Below, piece by piece: positions 8,315 to 18,552 of a stretch of 64,000 bases of DNA. Location of the stretch: positions 28,473-92,472 of the forward strand of contig SVAX01000003.1 in the NCBI GenBank assembly GCA_015059155.1, read 5' to 3'. The translations under genes and the position numbers were made by a program. Numbering within the stretch: position 1 is the first letter of the stretch; every line of letters starts with the position of its first letter. Source of the stretch: Bacillota bacterium. GTDB taxonomy: Bacteria; Bacillota_I; Bacilli_A; RF39; UBA660. The notes under the pieces were generated by a model that saw only the letters and a list, made by a program, of their open reading frames with translations, was not told the DNA's origin and did not search any database.

Positions 8315-9958
8315 CTAAAATAATCCCTTTATGTTTCCTTGATTATCTATATCCATATTTAAATAAGTACTATTTTTACCAAGCCCTGGCATAGTCATAA
8401 TATTACCCATTAAAACTACTATAAATCCAGCTCCACTACATAATCTTATATCCGTTATTGTCATATCAAAATTATTAGGTGCGCCTAATTTTTTAGGATC
8501 ATCAGTAAAAGAATACTGTGTTTTAGCTATGCATATAGGTAATTTATCTAAATTATTTTCTTCAATCAATTTTATTTTTCCTTTTATTGCTTCATTTATA
8601 ATTACATTGCTTGCTCTATATATTTCTTTACATACTTTATTTATTTTATTTATTATAGAATCATCATAATTATATAAAATATTAAAATCATTTTGTTTTT
8701 CACAAGATTCTATAATTCTTTTTGCTAATTCTATAGCACCATTACTACCTTCTTTAAAAGAATTACATACTTCTATAGGATATCCCATATTCTTAACAAA
8801 TTCTTTTACATATTCTATTTCAAGATCAGTATCATATTCAAATTTATTTAAGCATACAACAATGTTTTTAGTATATTTACTAATATTCTCAATATGTCTT
8901 TCTAAATTTACAACACCTAATTTTAAAACTTCTATATTTTCTACATTTATATTGTTTTTATCTGCACCACCATTATATTTTAAACTTCTAATAGTAGCAT
9001 TAATAACTACACAATTTGGTTTTAAATTAGCAATTCCACACTTTATATCAAAGAACTTTTCAGCTCCTAAATCAGCACCAAACCCTGCTTCAGTTACTAC
9101 ATAATCACTTAGTTTTAAAGCAAGTTTAGTAGAAATTATACTATTACAACCATGAGCAATATTGGCAAATGGCCCTCCATGTATAATAGCTGGATTATTT
9201 TCTAATGTTTGAACTAAATTAGGCTTAATTGCGTCCTTTAAAAGTGAAGCAATGGCTCCTACACAATCTAAATCACGAGCAAATATCATTTTATTATCTT
9301 TAGTATATCCAATTAAAATATTACCAATTCTATATTTTAAATCCTCTATATTTTCCGACATACAAACAATGGCCATCATTTCTGAAGCTACCGTTATATT
9401 AAATTGTTCTTTTCTAGAATATCTACTATTAATAGTTATATTTCTTAAAGCTCTATCATTTAAATCTATACATCTATTAAATACTACTCTATTTATTCCC
9501 AAAGTGTTTCCTTGAAATATATGATTATCAATTATAGCACATAATAAATTATTTGCTGACTCTATAGCATGAATATCTCCTGTAAAGTGTAAATTTATAT
9601 CTTCCATTGGAACTACTTGGGAATATCCTCCACCAGTAGCTCCCCCTTTAATTCCAAATACAGGTCCTAACGAAGGTTCTCTAAGTACTACTAAACTATT
9701 TTTACCTAGGTTTCTTAATGAATCATTTATTCCAATACTTACTGTAGTTTTTCCTTCTCCAAAAGGAGTTGGATTTATAGAAGTAACTAATATTAATTTA
9801 CCATCCTCTTTATTTAAAATATTATCTATATCTAAATTAATTTTAGCTTTATATTTACCATAATTTTCTAAATAATCTTCGCTAATATTTAATTTACTAG
9901 CAATTTCTTTTATATTTAACATATTACACTCATTACTTATTTCAATATCAGTTTTCAT
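8315..9958 (-). CDS. fhs: formate--tetrahydrofolate ligase
   Basis: 547 aa. TPFGEGKTT P-loop-like motif and overall FTHFS pattern (EPSLGPVFGIKGGATGGGY). Confidence 0.93.
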   Translation of the reverse strand: MKTDIEISNECNMLNIKEIASKLNISEDYLENYGKYKAKINLDIDNILNKEDGKLILVTSINPTPFGEGKTTVSIGINDSLRNLGKNSLVVLREPSLGPVFGIKGGATGGGYSQVVPMEDINLHFTGDIHAIESANNLLCAIIDNHIFQGNTLGINRVVFNRCIDLNDRALRNITINSRYSRKEQFNITVASEMMAIVCMSENIEDLKYRIGNILIGYTKDNKMIFARDLDCVGAIASLLKDAIKPNLVQTLENNPAIIHGGPFANIAHGCNSIISTKLALKLSDYVVTEAGFGADLGAEKFFDIKCGIANLKPNCVVINATIRSLKYNGGADKNNINVENIEVLKLGVVNLERHIENISKYTKNIVVCLNKFEYDTDLEIEYVKEFVKNMGYPIEVCNSFKEGSNGAIELAKRIIESCEKQNDFNILYNYDDSIINKINKVCKEIYRASNVIINEAIKGKIKLIEENNLDKLPICIAKTQYSFTDDPKKLGAPNNFDMTITDIRLCSGAGFIVVLMGNIMTMPGLGKNSTYLNMDIDNQGNIKGLF

Positions 9959-9983
9959 GTAATCACCTCAAATTAATTATACT

Positions 9984-10008
9984 AAAAAAAGATAGAAAAA
10001 TCTATCTT
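9984..10008 (-). terminator. intrinsic terminator after ftsZ
   Basis: AAGATAGA-AAAA-TCTATCTT hairpin plus U-run on the minus strand. Confidence 0.65.
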
Positions 10009-10027
10009 TATAATTAATTAAAATTTT

Positions 10028-11119
10028 TTAGAATCCTCTTTTTCTTAAGAAAGATGGAATTATATCATCATTATCATCATCTTCTTCTAAACTTGAACTT
10101 CTAAAAGACATGTTTGAATTAGATTCTATTATTCTCTCAGATCTAGGGCCTTCTTTTTCTAATTCTTTTTTATCATCATCAAATCCAGTAGCAATTACAG
10201 TAACAATAATTTCGTCATTTAAATTTTCATTGATAACTGCCCCAAATATAGTATTCATTTCAGTTTTAGCACTATTTCTAATTACTTCTGCAGCTTCTTC
10301 AACTTCAAATAAAGTTAAATTATTACCACCAGTAACATTAATAATTGCATCTGTAGCACCATCTATACTAGTTTCAAGTAATGGGCTTGATATAGCCTGT
10401 AAAGCAGCTTCTGTAGCTCTATTTTCACCTACACCTATACCTATACCAATTAATGCAGTACCACGTTTTTCCATAACAGTTTTAACATCTGCAAAGTCTA
10501 AGTTAATAAGTCCAGCAACTGCTATTAAATCTGAAATAGATTGTACACCACGTCTTAAGACATTATCTACTTCTTTAAATGATTCTAATAGAGGTGTTGA
10601 TTTATCTATTATTTCTCTTAATTTATCATTAGGAATAACTATTAAAGTGTCTACATTTTTCTTTAATTCATTTAATCCAGAGATAGCTTGGTCCATTCTT
10701 TTCTTACCTTCAAATGAGAATGGTTTTGTAACTATACCAACAGTTAAAGCGCCTAATTCTTGTGCGATGTTAGCAATAACTGGAGCAGCTCCAGTACCTG
10801 TTCCTCCACCCATTCCACAAGTAACAAATACCATGTCAGCACCTGCTAAAGCTTCTTCTATTTCTTTTTTACTTTCTAAAGCAGCTTCTCTACCTATTTC
10901 AGGTTTAGCACCAGCTCCTCTACCACCTGTTAGATTTTCTCCTATTTGTATTTTAGTTGGAGCTTTAGAGCAATTTAATACTTGTAAATCTGTATTAGCT
11001 ACTATAAATTCTACACCTTTAACTCCTGATTCTATCATACGGTTTACAGCGTTGTTTCCGCCTCCACCTACACCAATAACCTTTATTTTAGCGACTTGGT
11101 CCATTTCTAATCCAAACAT
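10028..11119 (-). CDS. ftsZ: cell division protein FtsZ
   Basis: [13 protein letters not shown] and [13 protein letters not shown] tubulin signature. Confidence 0.97.
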   Translation of the reverse strand: MFGLEMDQVAKIKVIGVGGGGNNAVNRMIESGVKGVEFIVANTDLQVLNCSKAPTKIQIGENLTGGRGAGAKPEIGREAALESKKEIEEALAGADMVFVTCGMGGGTGTGAAPVIANIAQELGALTVGIVTKPFSFEGKKRMDQAISGLNELKKNVDTLIVIPNDKLREIIDKSTPLLESFKEVDNVLRRGVQSISDLIAVAGLINLDFADVKTVMEKRGTALIGIGIGVGENRATEAALQAISSPLLETSIDGATDAIINVTGGNNLTLFEVEEAAEVIRNSAKTEMNTIFGAVINENLNDEIIVTVIATGFDDDKKELEKEGPRSERIIESNSNMSFRSSSLEEDDDNDDIIPSFLRKRGF

Positions 11120-11136
11120 AAATTTAATTTCCTCCT

Positions 11137-12384
11137 CTATTCACTAAAGAAAAATCCAAATATTTTCCCTAGCATTGAATCTGATGTATTTAATTTTTTA
11201 GAATTTATCGATATCATTTGATAAACTTCATTATCATTTATCATACTATAATCTTGTTCTTTCAATTTTAATTTACTTATAAAGTATACTATGTTTCCTA
11301 CACAACTCGAATACATATTATCACGTATTCCAAGCATTTTAACATTTCCTATGTTAGCATTATCTCCAAATACGTCTCTTACTACATATTCAATTCCTGA
11401 CATATTACTAGTACCACCTGTTATAATAATATAATCTATTTTCTTACTTGTCAAGAGATTTATCTCTTTTTTAGCTTCATTTAATATTTCTTCTAATCTA
11501 GACATAACTACTTCAGATAGTTCAAATTGATTAATTTTTAAATTAGCATCATAAGCACTTTTTACTTCAATTACGTCATTCACACTAGCATTATTTTTAT
11601 GAGCTAAAGCAAATTTTAATTTTAAATTTTTAGCAGTTGGAATATCTACTTTATACATGTAAGATATATCATTATCAATATTCTTACCACCCATATTAAT
11701 TATACTGCTTTTAACCAATATACTTTTATTATACAATGAAACATCTGTAACTTCACTACCAATATTTATTATAGCTCCTACTTTATCTTCAAATGCTTTA
11801 TTATTAAAAGAGTATAAGTCTCCAATATTATTAAGGGTAATATCAACTACTTCAATACCTATACTTTCCAATAATCCAATTACAGAGTAAACATTCTTTT
11901 TAGGAGTAGTAACAAGTACTGCTCTACATCCTAAGTTAGAACATTTCATTCCTTTTGGATTTTTTATAAATGCTTTATCATCAACTGTATAATCAATAGG
12001 AAGTATGGTAACCATCTCTCTTAAACTATAAGGTTGTGCTTTGGCAGCTACTTCAAGAGTTTTAATTATATCATTACTAGTAACAATTCCTTCTTCATTA
12101 ACTATTCTAATATTTCCTTTTATTATAGAATATTCTGCATTAAAAGATGGAACTGAAGTAATAACTCTCTTTATCTTTATTCCAAGCATTTCTTCTACTT
12201 CGTTAAATGCTCCTCTAATACATTCAGTAGCAAGTTCTACATCAGTTATTAATCCTTTTTTTATTCCTTTAGATTTAAAAGAAGATGCTGCAAGCAAATT
12301 TAACTTATTTTGATATAACTCACAAACTACAATTTTTATTGTATCTGAACCTATATCAAGACTAGTATAAATGTGTTTCATCAT
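11137..12384 (-). CDS. ftsA: cell division protein FtsA
   Basis: Actin-like ATPase, [13 protein letters not shown] and [11 protein letters not shown], directly upstream of ftsZ. Confidence 0.93.
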   Translation of the reverse strand: MMKHIYTSLDIGSDTIKIVVCELYQNKLNLLAASSFKSKGIKKGLITDVELATECIRGAFNEVEEMLGIKIKRVITSVPSFNAEYSIIKGNIRIVNEEGIVTSNDIIKTLEVAAKAQPYSLREMVTILPIDYTVDDKAFIKNPKGMKCSNLGCRAVLVTTPKKNVYSVIGLLESIGIEVVDITLNNIGDLYSFNNKAFEDKVGAIINIGSEVTDVSLYNKSILVKSSIINMGGKNIDNDISYMYKVDIPTAKNLKLKFALAHKNNASVNDVIEVKSAYDANLKINQFELSEVVMSRLEEILNEAKKEINLLTSKKIDYIIITGGTSNMSGIEYVVRDVFGDNANIGNVKMLGIRDNMYSSCVGNIVYFISKLKLKEQDYSMINDNEVYQMISINSKKLNTSDSMLGKIFGFFFSE

Positions 12385-12483
12385 ATCATCTCCTACAATC
12401 TATATATTATTATACTATAAAAAGAAAAAAAAGTAAAAACTTTTTTACTTTTTTAAACAAATTACCTAAAAATACCAATAATT

Positions 12484-14127
12484 TTATACTTCTTGTACAA
12501 CAATTATAATCATAGGTTTACTTTCAGTTTCTTTATAAAAATACTTACCTAATCTATCTCTTATACTAATTTTTAATTTATTATAATCTATATAATTTTC
12601 CTTTACATTTTCTTTAATTACTTCACCAACAATACTTTCTGCTTCTTTAATTATATCTATATTTTCTTTTACATAAATAAATCCCTTAGTTACAATGTTA
12701 GGTTTATTAATTATATTTCTACTTTGCTTATCTATATTAGCATTTACTATAACAATTCCACTATCACTTAACATTTCTCTATCTTTTAAAACTAAATCAC
12801 CAATATCCCCAACTGTTTTACCATCTATTAATACATCTTCTATAGATACTTTTTCATCATTATCAACAAGTTCTCCATCGATAAATGTAGTAACTTCTCC
12901 ATTTAATTTTAAAAGTATATTTTTATCAGGAATTTCAAGTTGTCTAGCTAGTATTGCATTTTCTACTTGATGTCGATATTCGCCAGTCACCGGTAAATAA
13001 TATTTAGGTTTCATTAAATTTATCATAAGCATAATATCTTCACTAGATGAATGAGGTGATAAATATTTTTTAGATAAAATAACTAGTTTTGATCCTACTT
13101 TAGATATTTTATTAAATACTTGAGTAGCAGTTATTTCACTACTTTCATATATAGGAGATAAAATTACTACTGTATCTTTTTCTTTTAAAGTAACAAACTT
13201 ATCTGAATTTCTAAGTATTCTTTTTAAACTAGAATAAGGTTTCTCTCTTTCATTAGATATAATTACAAGTATGCCTTCATCATTAACATGACTTATAGTT
13301 TTAATTCTTTCTCTATCAAAATCTATATAGCCAAAATCAATTCCTTTAAGTATTATATTTTCTAAGGCTTTTCCCATTATAACAACATTTCTATCAGTTT
13401 TGTATATTTCATTAAATAATTCTTGTATTCTATATATTTGAGTTTCAAAAATATTAAAAAATATTCTTCCCTCATTTTCATCAATTGTCTCTCTAATTAT
13501 TGAACTTGCCCTATGATTAGGAGAAGTAAATCCTTTTTTTTCAGCATACATTGATTCATTCATAAGACAAAGTACACTTTGTTTACCTATATAAGCAAGC
13601 TTACCTATATCAGTACTATAAGGGCCGTTCATAGATGGATCAAATATATAATTACCACTAAATACAATAGCACCATCTTTAGTATTTAATACATATAAAT
13701 AACTATCTGGTAAAGCATGTGATACTTGTATAGGGAAAATACTCTCTTCACCTAAATCTATCTTTTTATGAGCTTTTATTTCAATCAAATTAGCGCTCTT
13801 AATACTACTTTCTTCTAAATCTTGTTTAATTATTTCTAAAGTGAATTTACCTCCATATATTTTTATATCTGGAATATCTATTAATATATCACTTAAAGCT
13901 CCCATTTGTTGATCGTGACCATGTGTTATAAAAATTCCTTTAATCCTATCTTTGTTTTCTTTTAAATAATCATAATTAGGTATTATATAGTCTACACCAA
14001 GTAATTTATCATCTGCATATTTTAAACCTGCTTCAAATACATATATACGTTCATCAACTTCAACTATATACATATTTTTTCCTATTTCATTTTGCCCACC
14101 TAAAGCAAAAATTTTAATTTTACTCAT
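12484..14127 (-). CDS. rnj: ribonuclease J family protein with degenerate metallo-beta-lactamase motif II
   Basis: 547 aa with beta-CASP/RNase J architecture. Motif reads THGHDQQMG where RNase J1 has HGHEDHIG. Confidence 0.8.
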   Translation of the reverse strand: MSKIKIFALGGQNEIGKNMYIVEVDERIYVFEAGLKYADDKLLGVDYIIPNYDYLKENKDRIKGIFITHGHDQQMGALSDILIDIPDIKIYGGKFTLEIIKQDLEESSIKSANLIEIKAHKKIDLGEESIFPIQVSHALPDSYLYVLNTKDGAIVFSGNYIFDPSMNGPYSTDIGKLAYIGKQSVLCLMNESMYAEKKGFTSPNHRASSIIRETIDENEGRIFFNIFETQIYRIQELFNEIYKTDRNVVIMGKALENIILKGIDFGYIDFDRERIKTISHVNDEGILVIISNEREKPYSSLKRILRNSDKFVTLKEKDTVVILSPIYESSEITATQVFNKISKVGSKLVILSKKYLSPHSSSEDIMLMINLMKPKYYLPVTGEYRHQVENAILARQLEIPDKNILLKLNGEVTTFIDGELVDNDEKVSIEDVLIDGKTVGDIGDLVLKDREMLSDSGIVIVNANIDKQSRNIINKPNIVTKGFIYVKENIDIIKEAESIVGEVIKENVKENYIDYNKLKISIRDRLGKYFYKETESKPMIIIVVQEV

Positions 14128-14358
14128 ATTAACTCCTTTCTTTTTAGTTTTATTAATGCTAATTAATTATACCATTATAAAGAAAAAAAAGCAACGAGTT
14201 GCTTTTAAATTACAATGTTTGTTTATACATAAAAGAGATTTAATAAGCAGAGCTTATCAATCATTCTTTCTTAATTTAAATTATTTTAACATGTCTAAAA
14301 ACTTGACCATAAAAACAAGTCATAAATTTTTTCAAAATACAAAATATTATTTTGTTTA

Positions 14359-15396
14359 TTATTTTAAATTAAATGTTGGTACAGTTATAACTGGACGAAC
14401 ACCATAGGCTCCTTCAGCTTCCCAGAAGGCTGATTCGAATATTTCATCTCCCATATAGTACACAGCTAAAAGATTCCCGGACCAAGTTCCTGCAGTGTCA
14501 AGTAAATAATATCCTCCAATACCTGATACTTCATTGTTTGAAACTCCACCTTCTCTCATATAATTATATAAAAACGCATTTGAACCAGTTTCCTCATCAT
14601 AAACCGATACTTCTGATAATTTTGGTAATCTTGCTTTTGTTGTTATCAAAAAATCTTTATAGAATCCATTTTCATCATCATAAGTTTCATTTAATCTTAA
14701 GACTTCCTTCCATTCTTCTGTTGCATTATTTAAATGATCCATTGCATCTTCAGGTCCTGAATCCATTGTATTTACTGGGCAAGTATTCTCTTTTGTTGCA
14801 AACGTTCCATCTTCACATATATTTCTTTCTAGTATTAAATTAATTGTTCCATTTGTATTACTTCCAAGTACATAGAATGTATATCCTTCTTTATTTTCTA
14901 AATCCATTTCAGCTTTTACTTTACAAGTATATTTATCTCCTACACTTATTCCTGCTGGAAGTACATCTCCATTTTCTGCTAATAAACATAATGGAACAGC
15001 ATGATTACAACTAGATATATCTTGCTTATTAACATTCACTTCAACATTTCTTACAAGTTTTCCATTTTTATTAATAGATGTAGATATTTTTATTTTTATA
15101 TCATCAGATATTTCTTTATTATTTTTAGGATCTAATATTTTATTATCTAAGATGCCGTATTTTTTTAAATCTTCTACTGTTAAATAACTACATTCTCCAC
15201 CGTATGATAATAACTCTAAATTATCTGGTATCCATAAGTCTGTAGCTGATTTTATTAAATTAATTTGTGTAGCAGATAAATCATTTTTAGCATCACTAAA
15301 CATTTTTGTAACTGCTGTTGATGTAAGTAGTGCGAGTAAAGCAAGTATTATAACAACAGCTAATAATTCAACTAAAGTAAAACCCTTTGTATTCAT
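14359..15396 (-). CDS. prepilin-type N-terminal cleavage/methylation domain protein (pseudopilin-like, 345 aa)
   Basis: MNTKG/FTLVELLAVVIIL class III signal (G-1, E+5). N-terminal ~115 aa shared with 15782..17152; C-terminal domain differs. Confidence 0.85.
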   Translation of the reverse strand: MNTKGFTLVELLAVVIILALLALLTSTAVTKMFSDAKNDLSATQINLIKSATDLWIPDNLELLSYGGECSYLTVEDLKKYGILDNKILDPKNNKEISDDIKIKISTSINKNGKLVRNVEVNVNKQDISSCNHAVPLCLLAENGDVLPAGISVGDKYTCKVKAEMDLENKEGYTFYVLGSNTNGTINLILERNICEDGTFATKENTCPVNTMDSGPEDAMDHLNNATEEWKEVLRLNETYDDENGFYKDFLITTKARLPKLSEVSVYDEETGSNAFLYNYMREGGVSNNEVSGIGGYYLLDTAGTWSGNLLAVYYMGDEIFESAFWEAEGAYGVRPVITVPTFNLK

Positions 15397-15457
15397 AACA
15401 TAACCTCTATTCTAAATATAATTATACAAGAAAAAAAATACTTTTACAAGTATTTTA
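15305..15457. repeat. 153-bp near-identical repeat (partner 17061-17213): promoter, 5' UTR and first ~30 codons of the pseudopilin paralogs
   Basis: Aligned by eye with about 5 mismatches. Contains TTGTAA-17 nt-TATAAT and an AGAGGT SD on the minus strand. Confidence 0.85.
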
Positions 15458-15685
15458 AATCCAATAAGCAAACCAATGCTTATTGGATTTATATTTACAT
15501 CAGGTTTTTTCAATCAAAATCTATTGGTATATTTTGTAAAGTTTATCTTTAAACTTTATATACTCTAATAAATTCTTATCATTATCAAAAGAATAATATT
15601 TATTTTTCTTAACTAAAATTATTACATAATCTTTATATACATTCTTAGTAAATGTATATCTATTTATAGCACTCAAATTTTTACC

Positions 15686-15770
15686 TTCTCATCGTCCCGC
15701 TTTTTGCGGGAGTAATTCACTTGCGACAACTAAAGCCGTCGAGCCTTTCGGTCTTCGTCCTCATGGACTA
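15686..15770 (-). other. GC-rich non-coding element of unknown function between the pseudopilin paralogs
   Basis: Local G+C is far above the surroundings. Minus-strand RNA can form GUCC-AUGA-GGAC, GACC-GAAA-GG(C)UC, CGAC...GUCG and CCCGC-AAAAA-GCGGG hairpins. Confidence 0.35.
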
Positions 15771-15781
15771 ATTCATCAAGT

Positions 15782-17152
15782 TTATTCCACCACATAATAA
15801 CTTATTCCTCCACTCGTTGTTCCTGTTCCTACTATAGATACATCAGATTTCAGATATAGGACAGGGCGAACCTCGATGGGGTTGCTGGCGTCGCAGTGGC
15901 TGACATTGCCAGGCGAACCCACAGCGAACACGCCACTCCAGTAATTGGAAATAGGGGTAATCGTCCACTGGTTTATTGATATCCAATCGGTTCCTTTACA
16001 TGATGTTGTTGTATCATAGTTATATGGTTCCTTATTACATTGCCCTAAGTCTGCTCCATATCCATAATCACTTGGATACATGAGTCCTATCTTTCCTACC
16101 CATTCTATTGGATTACCTGTATATCTTGTTGTTCCTCTTTCATATACATACCAATCATTTGTATATGGAATCTCATAAGTTGAAGTTCCTCCTAGGTTCC
16201 ATAGTACATTTTCTACTTTGCTTTGTGCATTTGCACTTAATCCATTACTTGTAAAATCTACACTTGTTGGTTTTGTTCTATTATAATAACTTGTTGTAGT
16301 TGAATTATAGTATGCACCATTTAACATTGTATTTAATGTTGCTGTACTCCAATTGTTTGTATAACTTCCACTTGATGTGTAATCCCAAACATAATCTCGT
16401 ATTGAATCTGCTCTTATTATTTTTACTAGTTTATCTGTAGCACAGTTATCATAGTGTAAATCTCCATCAGAGTCTGTATCACAAGGTTTATCAGTTGTTG
16501 CATACTTTGTTTCAAATACTCCGATTATTCTCCATAGTATTACATTACCACTTGAATCTCTATCTCCTATATCTACATAGTTATTTGGATTTGCTCCATA
16601 GTATCTTATGTTTCCTCCACTTGATACTGTTCCACCTAGTCTATCGTCCATTAAATTATTTGTTGTATCTAAACTATATGTTATTCCATCTACTTCTAAA
16701 CTATTTATTTTTGTTGTACTATTATTATATAAATCTGTTATATACTGTGCTAAAGTTAGAAAATGATTACATCCATCTACATTTTCTGGATTAACTTCAA
16801 TATTTCTTATAAGTTTTCCATATTCACTAGTAGTTGCTGATATTTTTATAATTAAATCATCATCTATGTTTTTATTGTTTTTAGGATCTAATATTTTACT
16901 ATCTAATAACCCATATTTTTTTAAATCTCCAAGAGTTAAATAACCGCATTGATTATTATCTGGTAGTTGTTTTAAATTATCTGCCATCCATATCTCAGTA
17001 GCTTCTTTTATTAATTTAATTTGTGTATTAGATAAATCATTTTTAGCATCACTAACTAATTTTGTAACTGCTGTCGATGTAAGTAGTGCGAGTAAAGCAA
17101 GTATTATTACAACAGCTAATAATTCAACTAAAGTAAAACCCTTTGTATTCAT
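15782..17152 (-). CDS. prepilin-type N-terminal cleavage/methylation domain protein (pseudopilin-like, 456 aa) with GC-rich mosaic C-terminal segment
   Basis: Same class III signal and N-terminal module as the 345-aa paralog. Own copy of the promoter, with -10 at 17182-17177. Confidence 0.85.
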   Translation of the reverse strand: MNTKGFTLVELLAVVIILALLALLTSTAVTKLVSDAKNDLSNTQIKLIKEATEIWMADNLKQLPDNNQCGYLTLGDLKKYGLLDSKILDPKNNKNIDDDLIIKISATTSEYGKLIRNIEVNPENVDGCNHFLTLAQYITDLYNNSTTKINSLEVDGITYSLDTTNNLMDDRLGGTVSSGGNIRYYGANPNNYVDIGDRDSSGNVILWRIIGVFETKYATTDKPCDTDSDGDLHYDNCATDKLVKIIRADSIRDYVWDYTSSGSYTNNWSTATLNTMLNGAYYNSTTTSYYNRTKPTSVDFTSNGLSANAQSKVENVLWNLGGTSTYEIPYTNDWYVYERGTTRYTGNPIEWVGKIGLMYPSDYGYGADLGQCNKEPYNYDTTTSCKGTDWISINQWTITPISNYWSGVFAVGSPGNVSHCDASNPIEVRPVLYLKSDVSIVGTGTTSGGISYYVVE

Positions 17153-17213
17153 AACATAACCTCTATTCTAAGTATTATTATACAAGAAAAAAAATACTTT
17201 TACAAGTATTTTA
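17061..17213. repeat. partner copy of the 153-bp pseudopilin 5' repeat
   Basis: See 15305-15457. Confidence 0.85.
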
Positions 17214-18482
17214 ATCTTTATATTCAAATTCATAGTCAAGAATGCGTATAGTATCCCCTTCTTCTATACCCATTTCTTTTAATTTATCATCTATACCAAG
17301 TTTTCTTAATTTTTTAGAGAATCTAGCAAAAGCTTCATCACTAGCAAACCATGTCATTCTAAGTATTTTTTCTATTTCATCACCAGTTACTACGAAAGTA
17401 TTTCCTTCTTTATATATTTTAAATGGTTGTTCTTTTTTAAATTTATATAATACATGACTTTCAAATTTTTCTTCTTCATATAATGGTTGTCTTTCTATAG
17501 TATCAAGCATATCAGCTAATTTAATTAATACTTCATCTATTCCTTCTCCAGTAACTGCACTTATAGGATATACTTCGCATTTTATTTCTTGTTTAAATTT
17601 TTCTAAATTATCTAAAGACGATTCCATATCCATTTTATTTGCTATTACTATTTGAGGTTTATCCATTATTTTTTTATTAAAACTTTCAAGTTCATTATTA
17701 ATTATTTTATAATCTTCGATAGGATCTCTACCTTCAAAAGCAGACATATCTATTATATGAGCAATTACTCTAGTTCTTTCAATGTGTTTTAAAAATTTAT
17801 CTCCAAGTCCTTCACCTAAAGAAGCTCCTTCAATAAGTCCTGGTAAATCAGCTACTACAAAAGATCTATTATCCTTGGTTTTAACAACACCTAAGTTTGG
17901 AGTGAGTGTTGTAAAATGATAAGCGGCAATTTTTGGTTTAGCTGCACTTATTTTACTAATAAATGTACTTTTACCTACACTAGGCATACCAACAAGTCCT
18001 ACATCAGCTAAAAGTTTTAATTCTACTTTAACCTTTTTTTCTTCTCCAGGTTCACCATTTTCACAGAATGCAGGAGCTGGATTATTACGTGTAGCAAAAG
18101 CCATATTACCACGACCTCCGCGTCCACCGTATGCGGCAACCACTCTATCTCCTTTTTTAGTTAAATCTCCTATTATTAAATTAGTATCTGTATCAGTTAT
18201 AACTGTTCCAAGAGGAACTTTTATTATTAAGTCTTCTGCATTTTTACCATTCATAGCTTTTCCTTGGCCATGTTCTCCTTGTTGAGCTTTATAAATCTTT
18301 TTATATCTTAAATCTATTAATGTATTAAGCCCTTCATCTACTTCAAAAATAATGTTTCCACCATGTCCACCATTTCCTCCAAATGGTCCACCCATTTCTA
18401 CGTATTTTTCTCTTCTAAAGGCCATACATCCATTTCCCCCACGACCTGCATTTAATTCAATTATTACTTCATCTATAAACAT
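17211..18482 (-). CDS. obg: GTPase Obg
   Basis: MFIDEV..., GGNGG glycine-rich Obg fold, GMPSVGKST G1, DLPGLIEGA G3. Start trimmed from 18500 to the canonical MF(I/V)D start. Confidence 0.93.
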   Translation of the reverse strand: MFIDEVIIELNAGRGGNGCMAFRREKYVEMGGPFGGNGGHGGNIIFEVDEGLNTLIDLRYKKIYKAQQGEHGQGKAMNGKNAEDLIIKVPLGTVITDTDTNLIIGDLTKKGDRVVAAYGGRGGRGNMAFATRNNPAPAFCENGEPGEEKKVKVELKLLADVGLVGMPSVGKSTFISKISAAKPKIAAYHFTTLTPNLGVVKTKDNRSFVVADLPGLIEGASLGEGLGDKFLKHIERTRVIAHIIDMSAFEGRDPIEDYKIINNELESFNKKIMDKPQIVIANKMDMESSLDNLEKFKQEIKCEVYPISAVTGEGIDEVLIKLADMLDTIERQPLYEEEKFESHVLYKFKKEQPFKIYKEGNTFVVTGDEIEKILRMTWFASDEAFARFSKKLRKLGIDDKLKEMGIEEGDTIRILDYEFEYKD

Positions 18483-18552
18483 AGTACCACGTCCATTCAT
18501 TAGTATTATACACTAAAAATTGAAAAAATAATAGAAAAAAGAACAATAATTT

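Noticed and set aside
10110-11147. 345-aa plus-strand ORF antisense to ftsZ, and the many other plus-strand ORFs in the track nested in minus-strand genes (for example 1190..1513, 8862..9104, 12041..12313, 14538..14843, 16495..16794, 33825..34154, 60899..61234).
   Set aside because: They are low-complexity S/I/L/F-rich translations lying exactly opposite well-supported genes, with no SD. These are the expected artefacts of AT-rich antisense frames.
15686-15770. Hammerhead ribozyme or c-di-GMP riboswitch in the GC-rich element next to the pilin genes.
   Set aside because: GAUGAG and CGAAAG strings are present, but the CUGAUGA...GAAA core and its spacing are not. The GEMM-I (GCAAA...GACGCAAAGCC) and class II (GCAACCGACC) signatures do not match.
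15850-15975. Diversity-generating retroelement variable region at the C-terminus of the pseudopilin (GC-rich, lectin-like ...G..RPV ending).
   Set aside because: There is no template repeat and no reverse transcriptase anywhere in the 64 kb. The downstream GC-rich segment shows no similarity to the coding patch. It can only be tested genome-wide.
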